DNA of 32,000 bases from Candidatus Altimarinota bacterium (GTDB lineage: Bacteria > Patescibacteriota > Gracilibacteria > UBA1369). Position 1 is the first letter of the stretch. Each line of letters begins with the position of its first letter. The stretch lies in NCBI GenBank assembly GCA_041659405.1, contig JBAZYK010000003.1:90001-122000 (forward strand), in the 5' to 3' direction. Position numbers and translations under genes: made by a program. Under the pieces are notes generated by a model, which was given only the letters and a program-made list of their open reading frames with translations, searched no databases and was not told the origin of the DNA. Positions 1 through 9,225 of this stretch are shown here, piece after piece.

Positions 1-414
1 TCTTTTTTCAACTTCCGTCAAACCATTACCACGATCTATACCACCATTGCCATTCCAATCTGGCCAACCATTTGAATCAATGTAAGATTGATTACCTTTC
101 TGTCTCCTAGCATCGATGCGATGGCCCTGCATTATATCAGTATAAAGTGACCTGATTTTCTCATAGGCAATTGGATTCTTTTTCTGAAACTGTTTATCTT
201 TTAAAGCTAAAACTGCTGCATCAACTATATCCTGTCTTCTTTCTTTTAAATCTTCCACTTTAGGTAAAAAATTTTCATCGGTTCGACCGGCAATTTCCTG
301 TGCTGTTTGTTTATCCGCTTTTGAAACTTCCTGCTGAGGTTTACCAGCTTCAGGTCCCTGCTGATAAGCAAAGCGAGGTGAACGATTGAATGTGAAACAT
401 TTTAATAATTTCAT
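1..414 (-). CDS. hypothetical protein, 5' part only; runs off the left edge
   Basis: Manual reverse-strand reading from ATG at 414 (MKLLKCFTFNRSPRFAYQQGPEAGKPQQEVSKADKQ...) stays open to base 1. It is absent from the ORF track because it has no stop in the window. Confidence 0.6.
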   Translation of the reverse strand, partial: MKLLKCFTFNRSPRFAYQQGPEAGKPQQEVSKADKQTAQEIAGRTDENFLPKVEDLKERRQDIVDAAVLALKDKQFQKKNPIAYEKIRSLYTDIMQGHRIDARRQKGNQSYIDSNGWPDWNGNGGIDRGNGLTEVEKR

Positions 415-432
415 AAATTTTGTTGTTAATTT

Positions 433-792
433 TTATGTTAATGAATTAAGTAAATTATTGGCTAGCATCTCCTCATTTTTTCTTTCAGAATTTTCTTTTT
501 TTGAAATATTTTCCTTTGTTTCAAATTGATCAAACTCTTTTAGGGCTTTGGAAAGCAGATATAAAGTTTTGAGTTCGTCTTCTGAGTCAGTTGAATTTTG
601 TTCTGAGTCTAAGGCAATATTTTGAACCGGAACACCAATATCAGCTTGCTTGATCGCCTTTATGGCATTTTCAATTTGCGCATCACTGTAATCGCTTATC
701 TTACCCAGCAATTCAAAAATTTGCTCCTTTTTTAGAAGAGAAAGAAGCTTAGACTGAGCAATAGTTTTAAGAAGTAGCCTTGTGGATGACAT
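433..792 (-). CDS. hypothetical protein, 119 aa, acidic Ser/Glu/Asn-rich C-terminus
   Basis: Open frame adjacent to and co-directional with the truncated minus-strand ORF. Confidence 0.55.
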   Translation of the reverse strand: MSSTRLLLKTIAQSKLLSLLKKEQIFELLGKISDYSDAQIENAIKAIKQADIGVPVQNIALDSEQNSTDSEDELKTLYLLSKALKEFDQFETKENISKKENSERKNEEMLANNLLNSLT

Positions 793-941
793 TTTTATTT
801 TTGTTTATTTTAAATGACTTCAGAGAATGATAACATGAATCCCCCCCCCGTCAAGCAAGATTGCCAAAAATCCGCATAAGAACTCAAAGAAAAGAGCTAA
901 AATACGCCCGATAACAAATCTCAAATAAATTATTGATTATC

Positions 942-1024
942 GTGTTCAGGATTTTAGGAATTTTCCTGAATACATCCGCCGTTGCGCCCTGTGTATTCAG
1001 AAAAATTCTCAAAATCCTGAACAC
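942..1024. repeat. long imperfect inverted repeat, 33-nt arms with a 17-nt loop
   Basis: Arms GTGTTCAGGATTTTAGGAATTTTCCTGAATACA (942-974) and TGTATTCAGAAAAATTCTCAAAATCCTGAACAC (992-1024) are complementary except at 3 positions. Confidence 0.85.
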
Positions 1025-1034
1025 CCCTTAATAA

Positions 1035-1784
1035 TTGAATCGCATGCGTTTTGACCTCCTCACCATTTTCCCGGAAATTTTTGATTCTTACCTAAAAGAA
1101 AGCATCATTAAACGCGCTCTTGAAAGCCAGAAAATCAAGATTGTGGTTCATGACATTCGTAAATTCAGCAAAGATCGGCATCATAAAGTGGATAGTACAC
1201 CTTATGGCGGCGGCGCAGGCATGCTGATGGCTCCTCAGCCGATTTATGACTGCATTGAATATGTAAAAAAATTTAATCGGGGCCCTGTAATTTTTATGAG
1301 CCCCCGCGGAAAAATCCTCAACCAGCAAAAAGTTGAGCAATTAGCCAAAATCGGACTCAGCAAAAAAAATTATCCCTGCAAAATTTTGCAAACAGCCAAA
1401 CTGGCCGAAGAAAAATCCTCATCCCTAAAGTCAAAATCAGCCAAAGAAAACGGCCTTATTTTGCTTTGTGGCCGCTATGAAGGCATTGATCAGCGCATCA
1501 TTGATTTAGCCGTTGATGAAGAACTTTCGATTGGAAAATTCGTTCTAACCGGCGGAGAACTCGCAGCAATGATCGTTGTGGATGCGGTTAGTAGATTAGT
1601 TCCGGGCGTTCTGGGAGATGAAGCTTCACACGAAGAAGAAAGCTTTAGCAAAGCCCTAAAACGCAAAAAAGAATATCCCCATTATACCCGACCGGAAGTC
1701 TTTAAAGGCCTGGAAGTGCCGGAAGTTTTGCGTAGTGGCCATCATGCCAAAATCAAAAAATGGCGGGAAGAAAAATTGAGCTGA
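1035..1784 (+). CDS. trmD: tRNA (guanine-N1)-methyltransferase TrmD; start may be ATG at 1044
   Basis: Family-typical MRFDLLTIFPEIF, YGGGAGMLM, LLCGRYEGIDQR, ELSIGKFVLTGGELAA and LRSGHHAKIKKWR. Confidence 0.95.
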   Translation: MNRMRFDLLTIFPEIFDSYLKESIIKRALESQKIKIVVHDIRKFSKDRHHKVDSTPYGGGAGMLMAPQPIYDCIEYVKKFNRGPVIFMSPRGKILNQQKVEQLAKIGLSKKNYPCKILQTAKLAEEKSSSLKSKSAKENGLILLCGRYEGIDQRIIDLAVDEELSIGKFVLTGGELAAMIVVDAVSRLVPGVLGDEASHEEESFSKALKRKKEYPHYTRPEVFKGLEVPEVLRSGHHAKIKKWREEKLS

Positions 1785-1866
1785 TTTTAATAGAATCCAT
1801 CCCTGAAAAGCTTTCCTAAATCCCCCATCTGACATACAATTTGCACAATCATCTATCCAAAGAATT

Positions 1867-4620
1867 ATGAATGAGGCGCTCAAGTCGCTTTTGGCCCAAC
1901 ACCAATCTTCATTAGACGGTTTATCAAATGAGGAAGCCCAAAAACGACTAATCACTTTTGGTAAAAACGAACTTATCGCTGGCAAAAAAAAGTCTTATTT
2001 TCTGCAATTTTTGGAAGAATTTAAAGATTTTTTGGTTATTATTCTGATCGTTGCGGTTGGTTTAGCATTCTTTTCCGGGGAATATATTGATGGCGGGATT
2101 ATCCTGTTTATCGTCATCCTGAATGCCACAATTGGCTTTATTCAGAAATTTAAAGCGGAAAAGGCAATAGAAGCCCTAAGAAAAATGATTGCGCCAATAG
2201 CCAAAGTTTTGCGTGATGGCAATGTGCAGGAAATAGCGGCAAGCCAGGTTGTACCGGGTGATATTTTGATTTTGCATGAAGGTGACCAGATTATCGCCGA
2301 TGCCGTTTTGCTTGAATCCAATGAGCTTCAAGCGCAAGAAGCAGCGCTGACCGGCGAATCGACAGCCGTGGATAAAGCCCATTTCGCACTTGAAATAACA
2401 CCGGAGAATTTGATCTACATGGGCACAAATATCGTGCATGGCACAGCCAAAGCTCTGGTTACCAAAACCGGTATGCAGACCGAAATGGGAAAAATCGCCA
2501 CCATGACCACCGAAACCGAAAAAGACAAAACTCCACTCCAAAAAGAAATGCAGGATATTGGCATGTTCATAGGCAAATTTACGTTTGTGATTACTGCGAT
2601 TTTGATAGTTTTAGGAATTTTTGTTCAAAAAAGAGGAATCATTGAAACTATCCTTTTTGCCACTGCCGTAGCCGTTGCAGCCGTTCCGGAAGGATTACCC
2701 GCAACCATCACCATCACGCTCGCACTTGGTGTTCAAAAATTGGCAAAAAATAATGCCATCGTCAAACAATTGGCATCGGTGGAAACACTCGGCTCCACAA
2801 CCGTTATCTGCAGCGATAAAACGGGAACTCTCACCAAAAATGAAATGACGGTTAAAGAACTTTATTATGACCGTTATAGCGCTACGGTTGAAGGAGTTGG
2901 CTACGATCCCAAAGGAGAAATTAAGCACAATGGCAAAAAGCCTTTGGACCTTTTATATTTAACGGCCGCACTTTGTAATAACGCTGATGTAAGCCAAGAT
3001 AACGGCCAATGGAAAATGATTGGAGACCCGACCGAAGGAGCCTTAATAACTTTGGTTAAAAAGAGCGATTTTCCTTTAGATCAATCCAAAGAAAATTTCC
3101 AAAAATTGCATGAGTTTCCGTTTGATTCCGATCGCAAATGCATGACCGTGTTATATGAAGAAAAGACTTCCGGAAAGATTTTTGCCTTCACCAAAGGCGC
3201 GCCAATCAACATTTTCAAAATTTCCGATCACATGATGATGAACGATCATCCTATGAAGATTGATCATGTTACGCAAAAAGAATTTCTGGATAAAAACGAA
3301 AAAATGGCTCAAAAAGCCTTAAGAGTTTTGGCTTTTGCCTACCGTGAACTCTCCTCACACGAAATCAAAACCTGGCAGAAATACAAAGAAACACAGGTGG
3401 AAGGCCAAGTCCAGGCTCCACAAAAATTCCCTTTCACCAAAGATGAAATCGAAAAAAATCTGACATTTTTGGGGCTGATTGGCATGATTGATCCACCACG
3501 TCCGGAAGTAGCCGAAGCTATTGACCTTACCAGACAGGCCGGAATCAAGGTTTACATTATAACCGGCGATCACGGGACCACCGCCGAAGCCATTGCCAGA
3601 CAAATCGGACTTATTGGGAAAAATAAACATCTTATTATTAACGGCGCTGAACTCAACGATTTATCCGATCCGGAAGTCAAAAAATTGCTTGAGGATAAAA
3701 AACTGGACATTATTTTTGCCAGAGTAACCCCGGCACACAAACTCCGCATTGTTTCACTTTTGAAGGAACTTGGTGAAGTTGTGGCTGTTACAGGCGACGG
3801 CGTGAATGACGCACCGGCTCTTAAACGCAGCGATATTGGGGTAGCCATGGGCAGCGGCACGGATGTCAGCAAAGAAGCTGCCAATATGATTTTAACCGAC
3901 AACAGCTTTTCGACCATTATTAAAGCGGTTAAAGAAGGCCGCACCATCTACGAAAATCTTAAAAAATTCATTTATTTTATGTTTTCCTCTAACATGGGGG
4001 AACTTCTAACAATTTTTGGTGCAATTCTTTTGAACTTTCCGGCACCACTTACGGCAGTCTTAATTCTTTTTGTGAATCTGTTTAGTGATGTTTTACCCGC
4101 ACTTGCCTTAGGGCTGGAACCAACCGAAAACACCATTATGTCTAAAAAACCTCGCCGCAAAACGGAAAGAATGCTTCATCGCAATTTTCTTTTCCGTATT
4201 TTTTATGGTGGATTTTTTATGACTTTGATTATTTTAAGTGGATTTGTTTGGACTTTATACCGCTACGGTTGGGAATGGGGCCAATACCTGGACCTTGATC
4301 ATCCGACTTTCTTAAAAGCCAGCACCATCACTTTTGCGCTAATGGTGATCAGCCAAATGGGCATTGCCTTAAGCGCCAAAAGCGAAGATCAATCCATCTT
4401 TAACAGTGGAATTTTTAAAAACAAAAAGTTGATCGGCGCTATCCTGATTTCCATTATTTTAACGATTGTCATAATTCAGGCACCATTTTTACAGTCATTT
4501 TTCCATACAACTTCACTCGATCTTGAAGAATGGTTAATCGTGATGTGTGCGCCATTGTTGATTATCGGCCTGGAAGAAGCCCGCAAAGCTTACGTTAGAA
4601 ACATTAAAGCGACTGTTTAA
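1867..4620 (+). CDS. P-type cation-transporting ATPase, P2 (calcium/SERCA-like) type
   Basis: TGES actuator motif, PEGLPATITITLALG, CSDKTGTLTKNEM phosphorylation motif, TGDGVNDAPALKRSDIGVAMG hinge, multiple transmembrane segments. Confidence 0.93.
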   Translation: MNEALKSLLAQHQSSLDGLSNEEAQKRLITFGKNELIAGKKKSYFLQFLEEFKDFLVIILIVAVGLAFFSGEYIDGGIILFIVILNATIGFIQKFKAEKAIEALRKMIAPIAKVLRDGNVQEIAASQVVPGDILILHEGDQIIADAVLLESNELQAQEAALTGESTAVDKAHFALEITPENLIYMGTNIVHGTAKALVTKTGMQTEMGKIATMTTETEKDKTPLQKEMQDIGMFIGKFTFVITAILIVLGIFVQKRGIIETILFATAVAVAAVPEGLPATITITLALGVQKLAKNNAIVKQLASVETLGSTTVICSDKTGTLTKNEMTVKELYYDRYSATVEGVGYDPKGEIKHNGKKPLDLLYLTAALCNNADVSQDNGQWKMIGDPTEGALITLVKKSDFPLDQSKENFQKLHEFPFDSDRKCMTVLYEEKTSGKIFAFTKGAPINIFKISDHMMMNDHPMKIDHVTQKEFLDKNEKMAQKALRVLAFAYRELSSHEIKTWQKYKETQVEGQVQAPQKFPFTKDEIEKNLTFLGLIGMIDPPRPEVAEAIDLTRQAGIKVYIITGDHGTTAEAIARQIGLIGKNKHLIINGAELNDLSDPEVKKLLEDKKLDIIFARVTPAHKLRIVSLLKELGEVVAVTGDGVNDAPALKRSDIGVAMGSGTDVSKEAANMILTDNSFSTIIKAVKEGRTIYENLKKFIYFMFSSNMGELLTIFGAILLNFPAPLTAVLILFVNLFSDVLPALALGLEPTENTIMSKKPRRKTERMLHRNFLFRIFYGGFFMTLIILSGFVWTLYRYGWEWGQYLDLDHPTFLKASTITFALMVISQMGIALSAKSEDQSIFNSGIFKNKKLIGAILISIILTIVIIQAPFLQSFFHTTSLDLEEWLIVMCAPLLIIGLEEARKAYVRNIKATV

Positions 4621-4659
4621 ATTACGCTCAAATCCTGAATATTTTCATGGTTGATCCTT

Positions 4660-4968
4660 ATGCCCCAAAAAGACACAAAATCCTCACTAAAATTGCAGGA
4701 AAGCCTACAAAAAGCCAAATCTAAGCTACAACTTCAACAATCAATTTGCCTTAAAATTAAGGTCACAGCCAAAAGCGGCAAACACGAATTCAGTGATTTA
4801 ATGGCGGACGGAACAATCAAAATAAAGCTGAAAGCCGTGCGGGATAAAGGCAAAGCCAATGCTGAATTGATTGAACTGCTGAGTGATTTTTTTGGAGTTT
4901 CCCGCAAAAATATTAACATCTTAACAGGCGAAAAAGCGGCACAGAAAATAATTGAAATAAATCCATGA
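4660..4968 (+). CDS. DUF167/YggU-family protein
   Basis: IKVTAKSGKHEFSDLMADGTIKIKLKAVRDKGKANAELIELLSDFFGVSRKNINILTGEKAAQKIIEI is typical of the family. The tracked ORF starts at a TTG at 4651; ATG is at 4660. Confidence 0.85.
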   Translation: MPQKDTKSSLKLQESLQKAKSKLQLQQSICLKIKVTAKSGKHEFSDLMADGTIKIKLKAVRDKGKANAELIELLSDFFGVSRKNINILTGEKAAQKIIEINP

Positions 4969-5882
4969 TCTACAACGACTCCGACGAACTCGTCAAATTC
5001 CTGCAAAAAAACCACCTTTGGAATAAAAAATCTCTTGGCCAAAATTTTTTGGTAAACTTTGAAGTTCTTAAAAAAATCCTGGAAGCGGCGGAAATTACTG
5101 CTGAAGATTTTATAGTTGAAGTCGGCACCGGCTTGGCCGTTTTAACCGAGAGCCTAGCGGCAAACGCCAAGCGGGTTGAAACAATTGAGTTTGATCCCAA
5201 GTTGATTCCGATTCTTAGGGAATATCTGCAAAAATTCCCAAACGTAAATCTGGAGCATCAGGATGCGCTAACTTATGACCTGCCAACCGTCGATTACAAA
5301 CTCGTGGCCAATATTCCCTACTACATAACTTCCCCGCTGCTGAATCATTTTTTGCAGCCCACGCACGACGCGAAGCAAAGTGCGCTTTATGAAAAAAGTG
5401 GAGTGGCCAACCTTAAAGATCGAGAGCCAAACCAGCAACGCAAAAGGCCAAGCCTAATTGTTCTACTTGTTCAAAAAGAAGTCGCCGAAAAAATCTGCGC
5501 AAAAGCTGACGATCATAGCGTTTTAAGTCTGCAGGTTCAAATTTTTGGCAAACCTACAATCGTGAGCATGGTGAGCAAAAATAGTTTTTTCCCGGCACCA
5601 AAAGTCGACTCGGCAATCCTGAAAATTGAAATGTATCCGGAGCCGCTCATCAAAGATCTGGATACTTTTTTCAAACTGATCAAAAGAGCTTTCCTGCAAC
5701 GTCGCAAAACCCTGTTAAATTCTTTGGGAAACGGCTTTCAGCTTTCACGTGAACAAACCGCAGAAATACTTAAAAAAGCCGGCATAGCCGAAAATCAACG
5801 CCCGCAAGCGCTAAGCATTCAGGAATGGGAAAACTTGGGCAAAATTCTCTCCGAATCTCTAAATCAGGAAAAGACACTTTGA
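4965..5882 (+). CDS. rsmA: 16S rRNA (adenine1518/1519-N6)-dimethyltransferase RsmA/KsgA
   Basis: KKSLGQNFLVNFEVLKKI, VEVGTGLAVLTE, ANIPYYITSPLL, FFPAPKVDSAILKI. The start overlaps the preceding stop (ATGA). Confidence 0.95.
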   Translation: MIYNDSDELVKFLQKNHLWNKKSLGQNFLVNFEVLKKILEAAEITAEDFIVEVGTGLAVLTESLAANAKRVETIEFDPKLIPILREYLQKFPNVNLEHQDALTYDLPTVDYKLVANIPYYITSPLLNHFLQPTHDAKQSALYEKSGVANLKDREPNQQRKRPSLIVLLVQKEVAEKICAKADDHSVLSLQVQIFGKPTIVSMVSKNSFFPAPKVDSAILKIEMYPEPLIKDLDTFFKLIKRAFLQRRKTLLNSLGNGFQLSREQTAEILKKAGIAENQRPQALSIQEWENLGKILSESLNQEKTL

Positions 5883-5890
5883 TTCAAAAA

Positions 5891-6934
5891 TCACGTGCCC
5901 AAATTCTTTTTCATCTCTTCCACCGCCGCCCTGGCCGCCGCCGCATAGTCGCGTTCTTTGAATTTATCCGACTCTTTCCAGGCGTACATAATTCCACGGG
6001 ACGAATTTACAATCGCGCCGGTTCCATCATCATTAAAACAAGCTTTAACGTCTGCGGCTGTACCGCCCTGAGCTCCATATCCGGGCACCAAAAATATATT
6101 TTGAGGCATAAGTTGGCGCAATTTTTTTGCCTGAACCGGAAAAGTCGCTCCCACAACAGCTCCAATAAAAGAATACCCGCTCTCCCCTATTTCATCCGAG
6201 CCCCAAGAGTCCAAATAATGAGCCATAACCTCGTAAACAGTGGCACCATCACCAGCTGCAGCATCTTTTTCACTACGCTGCGCGCTGATCTGCAAATCCT
6301 GCAAATCACTGGAAGATGGATTGGAAGTTTTTACCAAAATAAATAAACCTTTACCAAATTTGCGAGCCTGATCAACAAACGGCTTAATGCCATCCCAACC
6401 AAGGTATGGCGCAACCGTCACAGCATCGGCATCAAAAGAAAAAACCTCTTTTCCAAAAAGATCAATTTGACCCAAGAAAGCCTTTGCATAAGCCTCTGCC
6501 GTCGATCCAATATCACCACGCTTAATATCAGCAATCGTCAGCAATTTTTTATCCCGCGCATACCAAAGCGTTTCTTCAAAAGCCCGCATGCCTTCATGGC
6601 CGTATTGCTCAAAAAAAGCGACCTGCGGTTTTACCACAGGCACAAGATCACAAACGGCATCAATAATCCCCTTATTAAATTCCACAATGGCGATTCTGGC
6701 AGCCTCTAAAGGAGTTTTTGCCCGCTCCAAAGCCGCCTTTTTAATAAACTCGGGAATCTGCGAAAGTCGCGGGTCCAGCCCAACACAAATCGCTGATCCT
6801 TTAGCCTTTATTTGCGCATTCAACCGATCAGCAAAATGAAAAGGAACCTGTTTTTTATCATCACGCTTTTGATGTTTTTGGAGCTCTTTTAATGCGAGCT
6901 GTTCTTCCATGGAAAGGTTTTTTGATTCTGACAT
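5891..6934 (-). CDS. pyrF: orotidine 5'-phosphate decarboxylase, type 2
   Basis: AICVGLDPRL, LLTIADIKRGDIGSTAEAYAKAFLG, FVLVKTSNPSS-like segment, LVPGYGAQGGTAADV, SSRGIMYAW. Confidence 0.93.
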   Translation of the reverse strand: MSESKNLSMEEQLALKELQKHQKRDDKKQVPFHFADRLNAQIKAKGSAICVGLDPRLSQIPEFIKKAALERAKTPLEAARIAIVEFNKGIIDAVCDLVPVVKPQVAFFEQYGHEGMRAFEETLWYARDKKLLTIADIKRGDIGSTAEAYAKAFLGQIDLFGKEVFSFDADAVTVAPYLGWDGIKPFVDQARKFGKGLFILVKTSNPSSSDLQDLQISAQRSEKDAAAGDGATVYEVMAHYLDSWGSDEIGESGYSFIGAVVGATFPVQAKKLRQLMPQNIFLVPGYGAQGGTAADVKACFNDDGTGAIVNSSRGIMYAWKESDKFKERDYAAAARAAVEEMKKNLGT

Positions 6935-6962
6935 TGCGTTAATTTAAATTGTGAAACAGAGC

Positions 6963-7637
6963 CTATAAATCCACACCATATAATTTTCGATATTCCTTAA
7001 TTTTCTCAAATTTTTCATTATCGATATACACCGTTCCATCAAGCTCTTTGTCATACAAATAAGAAACGATTTCTTCGATGGAAACAATCGAATAAACCTT
7101 GATACCAAACTCATCTTTCAATTCCTGCACTGCGCTTTTTTCACCCTGGCCCTTTTCCAAACGATCAATCGCAATCAAAACACCGGTAATTTCCGGATTT
7201 CCATGTTGCTTCAAAAGCTCGATACATCCGCGCAAAGCCGTTCCCGCAGTCATCACATCATCCACAATCACCAATTTGGAATCTTTGGTAATTGGCGCAC
7301 CAACAATCAAGCCACCTTCTCCATGATCTTTGGCTTCCTTGCGATTAAAACCATAGGCCACATTAATGCCGAACCGTTCATACAAAGACATGCAAACCGC
7401 CACGCTCAAAGGAATTCCCTTATAGGCAGGCCCAAAAACCACATCGTAATCTTTAAGATAACCGCGCAAAGCCGCTGCATAAAAAGCACCCAGTTGCGTG
7501 ATGAGTTCACCGGTATAAAACTGTCCAAGATTCAAGAAATATGGGCACTTTCGGCCGCTCTTAAGCGTAAAATCCCCAAACTTAAGAGTATTTGATTTGA
7601 CCAAAAATTTTATAAAATCTTCTTTATATTGTTGCAT
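6963..7637 (-). CDS. pyrE: orotate phosphoribosyltransferase
   Basis: FTLKSGRKCPYFLNLGQF, FGPAYKGIPLS, PRPP-binding motif VIVDDVMTAGTALR. Confidence 0.94.
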   Translation of the reverse strand: MQQYKEDFIKFLVKSNTLKFGDFTLKSGRKCPYFLNLGQFYTGELITQLGAFYAAALRGYLKDYDVVFGPAYKGIPLSVAVCMSLYERFGINVAYGFNRKEAKDHGEGGLIVGAPITKDSKLVIVDDVMTAGTALRGCIELLKQHGNPEITGVLIAIDRLEKGQGEKSAVQELKDEFGIKVYSIVSIEEIVSYLYDKELDGTVYIDNEKFEKIKEYRKLYGVDL

Positions 7638-7704
7638 AGCGAAAACAATATAAGAACTTCAGCAGAAAAACACAATCTTTTTAGCTTCGAACATTATTTT
7701 TTGA

Positions 7705-8022
7705 TTACTTGCCGTGCCCCATACACGCACGCATATCAAAAACCTTAACTTCGATTTTAAAATTTTTATTTATTTTATCACTGGCTGTTTCCAATTCATA
7801 ATCAAGCTGAAGATTAAGCCAAAACTTAGCTGAATTGCCGAAATAACGACTCAAACGCAAAGCGGTATCAGGGGTTATCGATCGCTTTTTAAGAATTATC
7901 TCATTAATACGACGAGGGGGCACACTTATATCTTTAGCCAAACGATATTGGCTAATATTTAGCGGTTTTAAAAATTCCTTTTCTAAAATTTCGCCTGGAT
8001 GAATTGGTTTAAGTTTTTTCAT
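7705..8022 (-). CDS. higA: HigA-family addiction module antitoxin (XRE-type HTH)
   Basis: HPGEILEKEFLKPLNISQYRLAKDISVPPRRINEIILKKRSITPDTALRLSRYFGNSAKFWLNLQ is characteristic of HigA/VapI-type antitoxins. Confidence 0.9.
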   Translation of the reverse strand: MKKLKPIHPGEILEKEFLKPLNISQYRLAKDISVPPRRINEIILKKRSITPDTALRLSRYFGNSAKFWLNLQLDYELETASDKINKNFKIEVKVFDMRACMGHGK

Positions 8023-8024
8023 AT

Positions 8025-8306
8025 TTAATGATAATTTACAATTTCCACTTCATAAGCATTATTTTGTGACCAGTAAAAGCAAATCCTCCATTTTCTATTA
8101 ATTCTTATACTATACTGGCCTTTCCGCTCTGCTACTAACATTTCAAGATGATTTGAAGGCGGAACCCGCAAATCATTAATGTTTTCGGCCCTATGGAGCA
8201 TTCTCAATTTACGAAATGCTACCCTTTGAAGACTGGCAACAAAATTCTTTGCATATTCTCGATTGAAAAGCTTTGCTGCCTCCTTATTTTTAAAACTTTT
8301 GATCAT
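8025..8306 (-). CDS. higB: HigB/RelE-superfamily toxin; tracked ORF extends to 8333 but start is more likely at 8306
   Basis: MIKSFKNKEAAKLFNREY...LRMLHRAENINDLRVPPSNHLEML..GQYSIRINRKWRICFYW, immediately upstream of the antitoxin in transcription order. Confidence 0.88.
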   Translation of the reverse strand: MIKSFKNKEAAKLFNREYAKNFVASLQRVAFRKLRMLHRAENINDLRVPPSNHLEMLVAERKGQYSIRINRKWRICFYWSQNNAYEVEIVNYH

Positions 8307-8381
8307 AACAATATTAACGATGTACGTTAACATTGTAAAGAAAATGTAATTACCAAAACTTAAACCTAAAATGAAATTATT

Positions 8382-9215
8382 CTAAAATTTCTGGATTTTC
8401 CCCACCAAATCGCGGTGATATTTGCCAAATTCGGTAATTTTTCGAGCTTTTGCATTATTCACAACCGGGCCGCTTTTGCACATTCTTTCGCCGGTAGGAT
8501 CCACACAACACTGACCACAAACCCCAAAACCACACTTCATATAACGCTCGATTGAAACCTGCGCCGGTATTTTAGCGGCAAAACACATGTCGGAAATTCG
8601 CTTCATCATCACCTCCGGACCGCAAGTATAAACACAGCTTATGCGCGAACCTTTTTTCGCTTTATGCTCCTTTATCAACCTCTCCAAAATCATCGTGTTG
8701 TAGCCCTTTAAGCCCACAGAACCATCATCCGTCGCAATGAACAATTTCACATTTTTCAGTTTTTTGATTCGATCGATGTAGAGCAAATGTTCTTTACTGC
8801 GCGCCCCAATCACAAAATCGACCTTACAACCGGCCTTCACCGCCGCAACAGTTAAGTTATACAAAGGCGCAGCTCCATATCCGCCACCCATCATCACCAA
8901 GTGTTGACCTTTCTTAAAAGCACCACCACCCGGCCCGGTAAAATGAGTTCCATAAGGCCCGCGAACGCCCACCAAATCCCCTACTTTCAAAGTGTGCATT
9001 TTCTTGGAAAAATTCCCAACCGCAAACATGGTCACCCAAAATTCTTTGCCGTTATCAAACGCGATACTCATCGGCTTCTCATCCACACGCGGAATCCACA
9101 AATTCACAAACTGCCCGGGTTTTGAATTCAAAGCATGCTCAAACACAAAAGTTTTCACAAACGGCGTTTCAGTGATGATTTTTTTAATCGGAATTGCTTT
9201 TGGAATGTCGAACAT
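8382..9215 (-). CDS. pyrK: dihydroorotate dehydrogenase electron transfer subunit (FAD/2Fe-2S); tracked ORF extends to 9278
   Basis: PGQFVNLWIPRVDEKPMSIA, GPYGTHF, MMGGGYGAAPL, Cys cluster CGFGVCGQCCVDPTGERMC. Likely start MFDIPKAIP. Confidence 0.88.
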   Translation of the reverse strand: MFDIPKAIPIKKIITETPFVKTFVFEHALNSKPGQFVNLWIPRVDEKPMSIAFDNGKEFWVTMFAVGNFSKKMHTLKVGDLVGVRGPYGTHFTGPGGGAFKKGQHLVMMGGGYGAAPLYNLTVAAVKAGCKVDFVIGARSKEHLLYIDRIKKLKNVKLFIATDDGSVGLKGYNTMILERLIKEHKAKKGSRISCVYTCGPEVMMKRISDMCFAAKIPAQVSIERYMKCGFGVCGQCCVDPTGERMCKSGPVVNNAKARKITEFGKYHRDLVGKIQKF

Positions 9216-9225
9216 AAATTGAACA

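Noticed and set aside
5825-6346. ORF on the plus strand opposite pyrF
   Set aside because: Fully antisense to a confidently identified gene; no recognisable domain.
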